In this document: piece after piece, positions 15,753-24,382 of the stretch
Position numbering within the stretch: the stretch's first letter is position 1
Layout: every line of letters starts with the position of its first letter
IMG/VR virus record: IMGVR_UViG_3300043120_000159
Location: 1-39,705 of that record
Source: a virus
DNA: 39,705 nucleotides
Strand: one strand, 5' to 3'
Translations under genes and position numbers: made by a program
The notes under the pieces: model-generated
What the model was told of the DNA's origin: nothing
Databases searched by the model: none
The model's input: only the letters and a program-made list of their open reading frames with translations

Positions 15753-16872
15753 TGTCATGACGGAAAGCCGCATCAATACAATCAACGGCCTGCCTCTGGA
15801 CGTCGGGGCACAGGTGGCTATACCTCTCCGTCACTTCCTCGTTGGTGTGCCCCATCAGCTTGGCTATCCAATAGAGCGGGACGCCAGAGATGGCCAGCCA
15901 GCTCCCGAACGTATGACGAAGGGAGTGGAACACAACCCTGTGGCGGGAATCATCCACCCCTTTGTTGAACTCCAGCGCGTCCACGGCGCGTCGGAACATG
16001 GCGGACGGCTCCGTACGCACGCCGCCGGTGCGCGAAGGAAAGACGACCTGCCCCGGCGGCGTCGGCTTGCCCATAAACACGCGGCGCAGCTCTCCGGAGA
16101 TAAAGACAGTCCGGTCCCTTCCAGACTTCGTATCCTGAACCCGGATCGTCCCCGCGGACAGGTTCACCTGTTCGCCCTTCAGGCTGGCGATCTCTCCAAA
16201 GCGCATGCCGGTGTAAAGAGCGGCCACACAGACGCACCAGAAAGACTTCTGCGGGTCTCTGCAGCGCCTGTAAACCTCTTCAAGCAAGGCCCTTGCTTCA
16301 TCCGGAGACAGCCATCTTGCGCGGCGGTTGTCGTAGCGTGGCCACTGGATCCTATCCGTCGGCGCCTTTCCTCTGTAGACACCCCACGCCTCAACCTTGC
16401 GGTAGATTCTTCTGATCAGAGAGAGGGCGTGCTCAATGGTTTTCGGGCTTTTGCCCTGCTCCTGCAGGTCAGCCTTGAACGCTTCCAAATCCAGGGGGGA
16501 TATATCGCTCAGCATTTTTCCGCCGAGGGCATCCTTGAGAAGCGAGTTCCATCTGGACAACGTCTTCTGCGGGCTCTTGGTGTTCGCCAGGCAGTGGTTG
16601 TCGTAATAAAGAGCCCACGCCTCCTTCAGCGTCAAGCTGTCCTCTCCGCGCACCTGAGGCTGCTCGCCAAGCCGAACCTGGTTGAGCAGCTCTGTGCGCT
16701 TCTGCGCGGCGTAAGCCGCATCGACACCATCGGAGCGCCATCCAATTTTGTGCCGCTCTTTCTTGCCTTTGTTCTTTATTGTGACGTAGTAGCAGACGTC
16801 TGGACGGCCTTGAAACCGTCGGGTGGTAGACGCGTAAAAATAGACCCCTGTGAACTTCTTGACCCGCTCCAA
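15664..16872 (-). CDS. int: Tyrosine integrase (site-specific recombinase)
   Basis: 402 aa. The catalytic residues are present: TGMRFGEIASL (R), FHSLRHTFGSW (HxxR) and GHTNEEVTERYSHL (H...Y). The start appears to be TTG. It is adjacent to the tRNA-like attP core. Confidence 0.92.
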   Translation of the reverse strand: MERVKKFTGVYFYASTTRRFQGRPDVCYYVTIKNKGKKERHKIGWRSDGVDAAYAAQKRTELLNQVRLGEQPQVRGEDSLTLKEAWALYYDNHCLANTKSPQKTLSRWNSLLKDALGGKMLSDISPLDLEAFKADLQEQGKSPKTIEHALSLIRRIYRKVEAWGVYRGKAPTDRIQWPRYDNRRARWLSPDEARALLEEVYRRCRDPQKSFWCVCVAALYTGMRFGEIASLKGEQVNLSAGTIRVQDTKSGRDRTVFISGELRRVFMGKPTPPGQVVFPSRTGGVRTEPSAMFRRAVDALEFNKGVDDSRHRVVFHSLRHTFGSWLAISGVPLYWIAKLMGHTNEEVTERYSHLCPDVQRQAVDCIDAAFRHDITPGLWFSLSKRRNTDPDPDDDTGLASPS

Positions 16873-16875
16873 TTT

Positions 16876-16924
16876 TTTGCCCCTTTTTTGCCCCCATACA
16901 ACGTATTTGCCCCCGTTTTGCCCC
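16876..16924 (+). repeat. Four direct TTTGCCCC(C) repeats on the int side of attP (candidate arm-type integrase sites)
   Basis: Copies start at 16876, 16887, 16906 and 16917, with 10..19 bp spacing, just upstream of the int start codon. Confidence 0.55.
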
Positions 16925-17029
16925 TTTGTGCGGCAACATGCGGAAGCGTGAGGAAATTCAAAACCTCTTTAATACTGGGGACTAGCGGCGTCAAGCAGGG
17001 TGTGGAGGCTTGCGGCAAAGGTGTAGTAA

Positions 17030-17079
17030 TCGGGCTCATAACCCGAAGGTCAGAGGTTCAAATCCTCTCCCCGCTACCA
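17030..17079 (+). other. attP core: 3' portion (anticodon arm to CCA) of an initiator tRNA-fMet
   Basis: TCGGGCTCATAACCCGAAGGTCagaGGTTCAAATCCtctCCCCGCtACCA contains the anticodon stem tcggg/cccga with a CAT anticodon and the GGG:CCC pairs typical of initiator tRNA. It also has the T-arm agagg-ttcaaat-cctct, the 3' acceptor strand and CCA. No matching 5' acceptor strand or D-arm lies upstream. Confidence 0.75.
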
Positions 17080-17087
17080 AGAATATC

Positions 17088-17130
17088 AAGGACTTACGGA
17101 CATAGTTTCCGTAAGTCCTTTTTCTGTTTT
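17088..17130 (+). terminator. Rho-independent terminator following the tRNA fragment
   Basis: aaggacttacgga (17088..17100) pairs with tccgtaagtcctt (17108..17120) as a 13-bp perfect stem, followed by tttctgtttt. Confidence 0.75.
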
Positions 17131-17279
17131 GCCCCCTATTTGCCCCCACGCTGCAACCTGGCTGCGTCCTGCCGCCGGGAAAATCCCTCTTTCACCATAA
17201 TTTTTTGCCCCCTATTTGCCCCCTGCTCAAGCCTTTTCGAGCTGTGCAGCGTAGGCTTTTGCCCCCTTTTTGCCACCCC
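17127..17279 (+). repeat. Six further TTTGCCCC-type repeats on the other side of attP, including an exact 21-bp duplicate
   Basis: ttttgccccctatttgccccc occurs at 17127..17147 and again at 17203..17223. ttttgcccccttttTGCCACCCC is at 17257..17279. All copies share the orientation of the left cluster. Confidence 0.55.
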
Positions 17280-17611
17280 TGACGATAGCACACGTCGCCA
17301 CCTGGGCCTTCGTGCTTTGCCAGCCTGCGATCATCATCGCGGCCGCCGCCAGCGGCCGCATCCACTGAGTGGTCCGCACTCCCTTCTTTCCCCCCGCACC
17401 CCCTCCCAAAAGGGAGCTGAGAAAGGTCTAATTGCAGGTCCGCAAATCTGCAGCCGACTTTGGGTCCTCCCAAGGCCACCCGGAATACGGGTGCTCCGAA
17501 TCTCGATGTTTTCGCGGGGTCGGACATTTAATTATTTTACAACTTTACAATTCTTGCTCCGGCCTGCCGAAGGGCTCCGGCCAATAAAACTCGCGCAAAA
17601 GGTGGTCGACT

Positions 17612-19285
17612 ATGGACGTTAAAAAGGAAGTGGAACAGGCGGTCGCTGAAGAGCGAGCAGCCCACAAACCAAACGAGCAGCCAGAAAACGAACCGCCAAA
17701 GGACAGCAAGCCGCGGGACAAGAGCTTTTTCGACCAGCTGCGCAAAGACTTCGACGACAACCACATGGGGGACGCCCGCCGGTTTTCGGAAAAGTTCGAC
17801 GGCAGGCTGGCCTACGACAATATCCAGGGCCGGTGGTTCATCTACGAGAAGACGCATTGGCAACAGGATCGAGGGAAGGTCCACACACACAAGGTGACGG
17901 AGATCGCCGACGACTACAAAGCTCAGAGCCACTGGATGGCTCAAAAGATAAACGAGGAAAAGGCCAAGCCTGAGTTTCAGGCCATGGCCAAGGGAGAGCA
18001 GAAGGACTTCCTCCGCCCGATGATCGCCAACCAAAAAGCCTACGAGTCCCGGGCAAAGGAACTCAAGGATCCGGCGCGGATTAACAAGGTGCTCTCGTTG
18101 GCCAGCGTGGCCACGCCTGGCTACCTGGGCGTGGTCGGCAAAGAATGGAACGAGGATCCCTGCCTATTTGCCTGTGGAAACAGGGTGATCGACCTGAGGA
18201 CCGGGAAGGCGTTGGAACCAGATCCTAAGTTCTACATCAACCGTGCCTCCACGATTGAGTGGGCTGGACTTCAAGCCGAAAGCCCCCTCTGGGAAAACTT
18301 CCTTAGCCAGGTGTTCAACGGAGATGTGGAGCTGATCGACTACATCCAAAAGTGTGTTGGATACTGGATGACAGGACTCATGACCCATCAGGAGTTCTAT
18401 TGCCTGTGGGGGCCACAAGGTCGCAACGGCAAAGGTGTGTTTTTCCGGACACTCCGGATGGTCATGGGCAGCTATTTCCAGATGATGCCTTCCAAATACC
18501 TGCTCGACGAAAAAAGCCTGCAGAACACCGACAAGCCGGACCAGCACCTAGTGGCCCTTGAGCACACCAGGCTGGCCTGCGCATCCGAGGCCCCGAAAAA
18601 AGCACGATTCTCGGAAGGCGCAATCAAGCAGCTGTCTGGGGGTGACCCAGTTACCTGCCGCGGCATGTATGCGCTGGATGTGACTGAGTACATCCCGAAG
18701 TTCAAAATGCTTTTTGCAACAAACCGCGTGCCAACTGTCAACGGCGACGACAAAGCATTTCAAGAGCGGCTCCGGATTATCAAATTCCCGTGCACATTCA
18801 AACACGGGGTAGAAGCGGATCCGGAAGCAAAGGTCTACCCGATGGATCCACAGCTCGAAAAGAAGCTGCACACTATGGACAACCTCCAGGGGATTCTGGC
18901 CTGGGCTGTGCGCGGCGCCGTCGAGTTTATTGCATCGGGCACCCTTATGCCGCCCGAGTCCGTTCTCTCAGACACCCGCAGCTTCATGGAAGACAACGAC
19001 TTCATCGGCGAGTTCATACGCGACTGCCTCGAGGTTCACCCGGACGCGCCAGAAAGCAACACGCCGAAGGAGCAGAAGACTCAGATGAAGCACATCTACG
19101 AAGCCTTCCGCAAGTGGTCCATCGAGGAAAAGGCCGTACCTGAAAACAAGGTCTGGTCTATGCGAGCCCTGGGCAGCGACTTCGGGAACCGGACGGACAT
19201 CCACCGCGTCAGCCCTAAGAACTTGGTTTTCTACAACATAACCATCAAGCCGGAGTGGCGCGAGAAAGAGCAGGCTCAATTCTAG
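17612..19285 (+). CDS. Replicative helicase/primase, P4-alpha / poxvirus D5 NTPase family
   Basis: 557 aa. Walker A is in WGPQGRNGKGVFFRTL. The D5_N-like region is WNEDPCLFACGNRVIDLRTG. ...LACASEAPKKARFSEGAIKQLSGGDPVTCRGMY is typical of the phage/plasmid primase P4 C-terminal domain. Confidence 0.8.
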   Translation: MDVKKEVEQAVAEERAAHKPNEQPENEPPKDSKPRDKSFFDQLRKDFDDNHMGDARRFSEKFDGRLAYDNIQGRWFIYEKTHWQQDRGKVHTHKVTEIADDYKAQSHWMAQKINEEKAKPEFQAMAKGEQKDFLRPMIANQKAYESRAKELKDPARINKVLSLASVATPGYLGVVGKEWNEDPCLFACGNRVIDLRTGKALEPDPKFYINRASTIEWAGLQAESPLWENFLSQVFNGDVELIDYIQKCVGYWMTGLMTHQEFYCLWGPQGRNGKGVFFRTLRMVMGSYFQMMPSKYLLDEKSLQNTDKPDQHLVALEHTRLACASEAPKKARFSEGAIKQLSGGDPVTCRGMYALDVTEYIPKFKMLFATNRVPTVNGDDKAFQERLRIIKFPCTFKHGVEADPEAKVYPMDPQLEKKLHTMDNLQGILAWAVRGAVEFIASGTLMPPESVLSDTRSFMEDNDFIGEFIRDCLEVHPDAPESNTPKEQKTQMKHIYEAFRKWSIEEKAVPENKVWSMRALGSDFGNRTDIHRVSPKNLVFYNITIKPEWREKEQAQF

Positions 19286-19289
19286 CGCC

Positions 19290-19560
19290 TACGTCGAAGG
19301 TCTCCGCTTTTGTCTATGGAAACGACTAAAGGAGTAAACACATGAAAACAAACATTTTTCCATTCCTTTTTATCCTACCTTACCCCTCTTACCCCTTTTT
19401 CTTAGAAAGTAGAGAGAGAGAGAAAGTAAAAAGAGAAATAGATAGGTTTTACATAGGGGGGAGTAACAGTGAAAAAAGGTCTATTCTCTCTAAGTTTGAC
19501 AGTTTTTTCAATTACTGCGGTTCTTTATACCAAAAGACTGTCTTTTTAAGGGGCCAGTCA
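19290..19560. other. AT-rich island with polypyrimidine/polypurine tracts (candidate origin of replication)
   Basis: Composition drops sharply against the GC-rich background. ttccattcctttttatcctaccttacccctcttacccctttttctt is followed by agaaagtagagagagagagaaagtaaaaagagaaatagatagg. It lies between the two replication genes. Confidence 0.45.
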
Positions 19561-19634
19561 TTGACTAAGGAACTGAGACAAAGGCGAAGATTTGCCCCCG
19601 ACTTTGACCTTTCGGCTGCCTGCTTGGCGAAAAG

Positions 19635-21149
19635 ATGCCTGCCGGCAGAAGGGGGTGCGCAATGAGCATGGCACTGGACCGCCTAGGCAGTGAGGAACGA
19701 AGGGTAATAGCTGAGAATCTGCTGACAGAAGCAAAGCCGTTCAAGGCTGGAGAGCTGACAGCACACTGCCCTTTCCACTTGGAAGGGACCCCCGGTGGCG
19801 CGTTTTTTTATAACCATGAGCGCGACCTGGCATACTGTCACAGCTGCGGGCAGAACTCCGACCTGGTCGGGATATACAACGCGGTCAACGGTCGCGACGT
19901 GGACGATTCTGAGGGGTGTCGTGAGTTTCTAAAAACCTATTGCCCGAACTCTGGCGGGACACGCCCTGTCCGACAAGGTGAACGGCCTCGCCGGCCCGAA
20001 GGATGGTCCCCTCCTTCAACCGCGTTCCCCCCAGACTTGTGGATTCAAAAGGCGACCGACTTCGTAGGGCATTCGGTTGATCGCTTGCAGGAAAATAAAG
20101 AGCAACTTGCAGAGTTAGCCCGGTGTGGGATCAGCCCGAAAGTGGCCAAGCTCTGCAGAATGGGATGGAACGACAAAGACAAGTGGCCACCCGTTACAGC
20201 GTGGGGGCTTCCTCACGAGAAGAACGAACGGGGAAAAGAGAAAAAAATATGGCTCCCAGAGGGATTGGTTATCCCGGCGATACGAGATGGCCAAGTGGTC
20301 AAGCTGAAGGTGCGCCGCCCCAACCCCAGAACACCCTGGGGCGATGACCGTAAATACTGGGAAGTCAAAGGCGGCGCCAACGGCCTTTTCCATGTTTACG
20401 GGCGCCCGACATTCCGGATTTGGGTGCTCGTCGAAACAGAGCGAGACGCTGCAATGGTGTGGGCTCTTTGCCATGACCTGGGCGTCGGGGCGATCGGGGC
20501 CGGTGGAGCCGCAAAGCGTCCGTGTGAATTTGTGACCGGAATCCTGCGCAGGGCCAAGGTTATACTCAACGCACTGGACTACGATCCCGCCGGCGCGACG
20601 AACACCTATAAGTTTTGGGAGCAGGAGTTCCCGAACAGCGTTCGCTACCCCGCCCCGCCGTCAATGGGAAAAGACGTCGGCGACGCGTACAGGAACGGCC
20701 TCGATGTCCGTCAATGGGTATGGGAAGGCCTCCCCGGATTCGTCCAAAGATATCTGCAAAACATGGCCGGCCAACCCGAAACGACGGAGCAGTCGCAGGA
20801 GTCAGCCGCCCAAGAGCAGCCTCAAGCGGCAACCCCACGCCCCACACTCGGGCAGGTTTTGCAATGGATGGAGCCCTGGCCTCTTTGGAGGCAGGAGCTT
20901 TCCGAGTTTTATTCCGCGATGGCGGAGACAGAGTTTCGAATCTTTCGTCGTCAAGGGGATGACGGGCTTTGGATGGGCATCGAAAGCAATGACTGGGATG
21001 CGCTGAGAGAAGACGAGCCGCGCCGGATCCTTTTTGTCACGCTGAGAGAGCGGCTCTTCAACCGCATAGAGCTTGATCCTGATCTTGGCTTGAACTCGCT
21101 CGACAACATCATCAACCACTATTTCGGCGACTACTTGGAGGTGCGCTAA
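19635..21149 (+). CDS. DNA primase (zf-CHC2 zinc finger + Toprim-like domain)
   Basis: CPFHLEGTPGGAFFYNHERDLAYCHSCGQNSDLVGIY is a CHC2 primase zinc finger. The central VLVETERDAAMVWAL...ALDYDPAG is Toprim-like. The more likely start is ATG 19662, after GAAGGGGG. Confidence 0.7.
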   Translation: MPAGRRGCAMSMALDRLGSEERRVIAENLLTEAKPFKAGELTAHCPFHLEGTPGGAFFYNHERDLAYCHSCGQNSDLVGIYNAVNGRDVDDSEGCREFLKTYCPNSGGTRPVRQGERPRRPEGWSPPSTAFPPDLWIQKATDFVGHSVDRLQENKEQLAELARCGISPKVAKLCRMGWNDKDKWPPVTAWGLPHEKNERGKEKKIWLPEGLVIPAIRDGQVVKLKVRRPNPRTPWGDDRKYWEVKGGANGLFHVYGRPTFRIWVLVETERDAAMVWALCHDLGVGAIGAGGAAKRPCEFVTGILRRAKVILNALDYDPAGATNTYKFWEQEFPNSVRYPAPPSMGKDVGDAYRNGLDVRQWVWEGLPGFVQRYLQNMAGQPETTEQSQESAAQEQPQAATPRPTLGQVLQWMEPWPLWRQELSEFYSAMAETEFRIFRRQGDDGLWMGIESNDWDALREDEPRRILFVTLRERLFNRIELDPDLGLNSLDNIINHYFGDYLEVR

Positions 21150-21991
21150 TGAGCAAGGAGACAATTTGGTTTAAGAACGCTGCACAGATACATCGCTACC
21201 TCACGTGCGAGATAGGTGAAGAGTATATCTACGGCGACAGAGAGGTGGCGACAAAGGAGAAAGGGCTGGTTTTCAGCGTTGCCCAGAAAACCGTCTATAA
21301 CCACATCGACGCGGCGCTGCTGAAGTCCAGGCGCGGTGCAGGCGGCTATGCGAAGCGCACGGTCGACCAATACGCGAAGCGTGAGCTGGGGGACAAGATC
21401 GTCTCCGGCAGCAAAGGAGAGCTGCCCGAACCGGACGAAACGGAAGATGAAACCGGCCTCGCCCGTTCGCGTAGAACCATGGCCGACGCGGAAGTAAAAG
21501 AGGTTGACGCTCAACTGAAGCGGCTCAAGCTCCAGGAGAAGCTCGGCGAGATTGTCCCCCTATCCCAGGTTGAACGCGAGCTCGGCGAACGGCAGCAGGC
21601 ATGGAAGCTCTATATGACTTCCTTCATGCGAGACCACAAGTCCGAACTCATCTCCGCATTCGGCGGGGATCTGGACGTGGCGCAAGAGATTATCGCCCTG
21701 GTCGACGGAGACACAGAAAAGGCGGAGGCGCTGTCCGGATGGATGTTCGCCCGTTCCCCCGTCCTGCTGGACGCTTTTCGCAAGCGCATCGTTGACGGCC
21801 TGAACGCCTTTGCCATGGGTGAATGGTTTACCGACGAAGTTCGGGACGCATGGGAAAAATGGGACGCTGCCCGGAAAGCGAAAGACGTTGAAACGATGGA
21901 GATGCTCATCGAGCTCGTTGACGGAGACCCCGACCAGGCGCGTCTCGCACTCGACCGTTTTGAAGTCAAGATGAAAGGGGGTGCGGCATGA
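21149..21991 (+). CDS. terS: Putative terminase small subunit (Nu1-like position)
   Basis: 280 aa immediately upstream of the GpA-type large terminase and overlapping it. The coiled-coil segment AEVKEVDAQLKRLKLQEKLGEIVPLSQVEREL resembles Nu1-type small subunits. The call rests mainly on position. Confidence 0.45.
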   Translation: MSKETIWFKNAAQIHRYLTCEIGEEYIYGDREVATKEKGLVFSVAQKTVYNHIDAALLKSRRGAGGYAKRTVDQYAKRELGDKIVSGSKGELPEPDETEDETGLARSRRTMADAEVKEVDAQLKRLKLQEKLGEIVPLSQVERELGERQQAWKLYMTSFMRDHKSELISAFGGDLDVAQEIIALVDGDTEKAEALSGWMFARSPVLLDAFRKRIVDGLNAFAMGEWFTDEVRDAWEKWDAARKAKDVETMEMLIELVDGDPDQARLALDRFEVKMKGGAA

Positions 21992-23883
21992 GTTACAACA
22001 CCCCTCCCATAGCTCTATATCCGGGTGAGATTCAGGTATTGCAGTCCCGTCCGTGGAAGTCCACGGCAGACTTTGCGTCCGACGACTTCGTGCTGGTCAC
22101 CGGCCCGCACGCAGGCCAGACCTATCGGCATGATCTGTACCCCTATGGGCGCTGGATTATGGAGCTGTGGGACATGCCCTCCGTTCGGACCGTCTTCATT
22201 GTTGCACCTTCTCAGACTGGGAAGACGACCATAGCCTATGCCTGCCTGTGCTCCGAGATTAGCCGCAACCCTTCGTCTGCCGGCATCGGTATGCCAGACC
22301 AGAGCACAATGATTCGGATCTTCGATGAAAAGCTCGGCCCACACTTCAAGCGAAGCAAAGCGCTGAGAGAGCTGCTGTCTGAAGACAGGCAGATAGCCCT
22401 CCAGAACGGCAAAATCCTGACGAAGTTCGGAGCCATCTACGGCATGTATGCAGGCTCCGACGCGTCCGCATCGTCGGTGACGCTCCGGCTGCTGGGTGTC
22501 GATGAAGAGGATGCGTATCTTGACAAGCAGGCGGCACACAGAATGCTCGAGCGGACCATGTCGTATGAGGACGAAGCGAAGGTGCTTCGCTTTTCCAAAG
22601 TCCGCGGCAACGAACGGCAGTCCACGATCTGGCGCGATATGAAGGCAGAGGCTCAGATAATATACCAGCCCCGCGCCAAGTGCCCGAACTGCGGCACCCT
22701 CCAGCTCATGGACTTCAAGCGGATCAAGGTCCCGGGCAAGATGCGCGACCCGAAGCAGATCCTGCAGCAGCGTGCGGCATACTACGAGTGCGAAGGCTGC
22801 GCCATGCGCTGGAATGACCACCACCGGAACCTTGCCGTGCAGCGCGGGGATCTCTACTCGGAGCATGAAGTGCCCAGCCCGTCAGCTGTGGGCGTAATCA
22901 TACCGTCCTGGTACAGCCGGACAGTTTCACTGAGTAAAGTGATGTCCGATTGGTTCACCGCCCTCGAACGCGGAACGCCAGCCGACATGCAGGCGTTCGA
23001 CAACGCCCATCCGTCAAAGCCATACCAGGTCGTGACATTCGACACCCCGGAAGATCAGATCAAAAAAATGATCCTCCACGACAGGCCCCCTCGTATCGTG
23101 CCGGCGGAAGCCGTTGCGCTGACGATGGGAGTTGACAGCCAGAAATCCAGCTATTTCTTTGTAGTCCGCGCCTGGGCACGCTCCGGCGAGTCCTGGCTGA
23201 TAGACTATGGTGAGCTGCCAAACAAAGAGGCGCTGGATACGCAAAGAACCAGATCCGCCTACCCGGTGGAAGGACGCGACGACGTGCTCATGCCGATCTG
23301 GCGGACCGCCATCGACTTCGGCGGCACCAGAGACGAATCCCACATGGAGGGCTGGTCCAGGTCTGAAGAGGTCAAGCTGATGGTTCTCGAAGCCGATGAC
23401 GACAACTTCTTTGCCGTCAAGGGCGCGTCCCGCAAGCAAGACGTTGTGGTCCGCAGATCGGAAACCGGCGTACACCGGGATGTCCCGCGAGAGTACCAGC
23501 AGAACATCACCATCTACACGCTCGACACCATCGATCTGAAGGACCTGATCTTTCTGGTTCGGCTACGCCCCGACTCGCTGCAACCCATGTGGCTGCACAG
23601 AGAGGTCGGAGACGACTACCTTCGCCAGCTGAACTCGGAAAAGCGAGAGGTTGACGGCAAAGGCAATGCGACCTGGGTGCAGAAAAAAGCGGCAAACCAC
23701 CTGCTTGACTGCGAAGTCTACGCGGCTGCGTGCGCGCACCCGGACTGGACGCCCGCCCTCCAGTTACTCGCCGAACCGCAGTACCGCAGTTCGACTCCTC
23801 AAAGCCACGCGGATCCGGAGCCTGCGGTTTCCATGTCACCCCTTTCCGGCCGTGTCATCAACCCCAACTTCCGGAGGTTCTGA
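21988..23883 (+). CDS. terL: Terminase large subunit (lambda GpA family)
   Basis: 631 aa. Walker A is in VFIVAPSQTGKTT. The zinc ribbon CPNCGTLQ...CEGCAMRW and overall length are typical of Terminase_GpA. Confidence 0.9.
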   Translation: MSYNTPPIALYPGEIQVLQSRPWKSTADFASDDFVLVTGPHAGQTYRHDLYPYGRWIMELWDMPSVRTVFIVAPSQTGKTTIAYACLCSEISRNPSSAGIGMPDQSTMIRIFDEKLGPHFKRSKALRELLSEDRQIALQNGKILTKFGAIYGMYAGSDASASSVTLRLLGVDEEDAYLDKQAAHRMLERTMSYEDEAKVLRFSKVRGNERQSTIWRDMKAEAQIIYQPRAKCPNCGTLQLMDFKRIKVPGKMRDPKQILQQRAAYYECEGCAMRWNDHHRNLAVQRGDLYSEHEVPSPSAVGVIIPSWYSRTVSLSKVMSDWFTALERGTPADMQAFDNAHPSKPYQVVTFDTPEDQIKKMILHDRPPRIVPAEAVALTMGVDSQKSSYFFVVRAWARSGESWLIDYGELPNKEALDTQRTRSAYPVEGRDDVLMPIWRTAIDFGGTRDESHMEGWSRSEEVKLMVLEADDDNFFAVKGASRKQDVVVRRSETGVHRDVPREYQQNITIYTLDTIDLKDLIFLVRLRPDSLQPMWLHREVGDDYLRQLNSEKREVDGKGNATWVQKKAANHLLDCEVYAAACAHPDWTPALQLLAEPQYRSSTPQSHADPEPAVSMSPLSGRVINPNFRRF

Positions 23884-24116
23884 TGCACGACTCGTTACGG
23901 GCGATTCCAAAAGAAGATCTGCGCAGGCTGGTAGAGGAGATTCAGGGTGCCGGAGCGGTGGACTACAGCTCCAGATATGGCGCCATCTGCCCCGTGTGCG
24001 GAGCGGAGCGGTGCAGGGTGACAAGGACTGATCCGTGGTTTGGGTCTTGCCGAGAGCGGTTTCATCGATGCAAGGCCTGTGGGCTGAGATTCAAAAGCGT
24101 GGAGGCGGACAGATGA
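23883..24116 (+). CDS. Ogr/Delta-like zinc-finger protein (candidate late-gene transcription activator)
   Basis: 77 aa. ICPVCGAERCRVTRTDPWFGSCRERFHRCKACGLRFKSVE follows the Ogr/Delta layout CPxCG-(R.T/S)-...-R(E)R(Y/F)HxCxxxxCGxxF. ATG overlaps the terL TGA. Confidence 0.6.
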   Translation: MHDSLRAIPKEDLRRLVEEIQGAGAVDYSSRYGAICPVCGAERCRVTRTDPWFGSCRERFHRCKACGLRFKSVEADR

Positions 24117-24382
24117 TGCGAATCAGCCTTGAAGCCCAGGCGTCCGACTTCGCCGTAACCACCAGGCGCGACGGCACCACCGGGCTCTTCATCAAGCAAG
24201 AGGGAGCCAGTGTGGCCATCGAGCTTGACCAGGGCGGAGTGGACCGCTTGACCGAACTACTTTGCCAGTTGCCGCAGCGCTGCGAGGATTGCGTTCACGT
24301 TGAAGCCTGTCGCCATGCAACCGAAGACACAGACCCGAGCCTTTGCGGAGGCCGGTTCGAAAAGGAGAAAAGCCATGAGTAA
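24113..24382 (+). CDS. Hypothetical protein
   Basis: 89 aa. The start overlaps the upstream stop (ATGATG). Cys/His cluster CEDCVHVEACRH. No family recognised. Confidence 0.45.
   Translation: MMRISLEAQASDFAVTTRRDGTTGLFIKQEGASVAIELDQGGVDRLTELLCQLPQRCEDCVHVEACRHATEDTDPSLCGGRFEKEKSHE

Noticed and set aside
16984-17079. Possible complete tRNA gene
   Set aside because: Only the anticodon arm, T-arm and 3' acceptor strand fold correctly. The required 5' acceptor strand (agcgggg) and a D-arm are absent at the proper distance. It is interpreted as an attP tRNA fragment.
16876-17279. Short repeat array considered as a CRISPR
   Set aside because: The repeats are only 8-11 bp, irregularly spaced (10 to more than 50 bp) and split around a tRNA-like core. 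No cas genes are present. Integrase arm sites or iterons fit better.
15757-17622. 621-aa + strand ORF, the second-longest in the window
   Set aside because: It lies antisense to the integrase gene, which has clear catalytic motifs. It runs on through the tRNA-like attP core, a terminator and the repeat arrays. Its composition is Arg/Pro/Leu-rich, typical of a shadow ORF in GC-rich DNA.
19342-19665. 107-aa ORF in the AT-rich island
   Set aside because: It is a low-complexity translation of polypyrimidine/polypurine tracts and overlaps the primase start. It is more likely non-coding (origin or regulatory).
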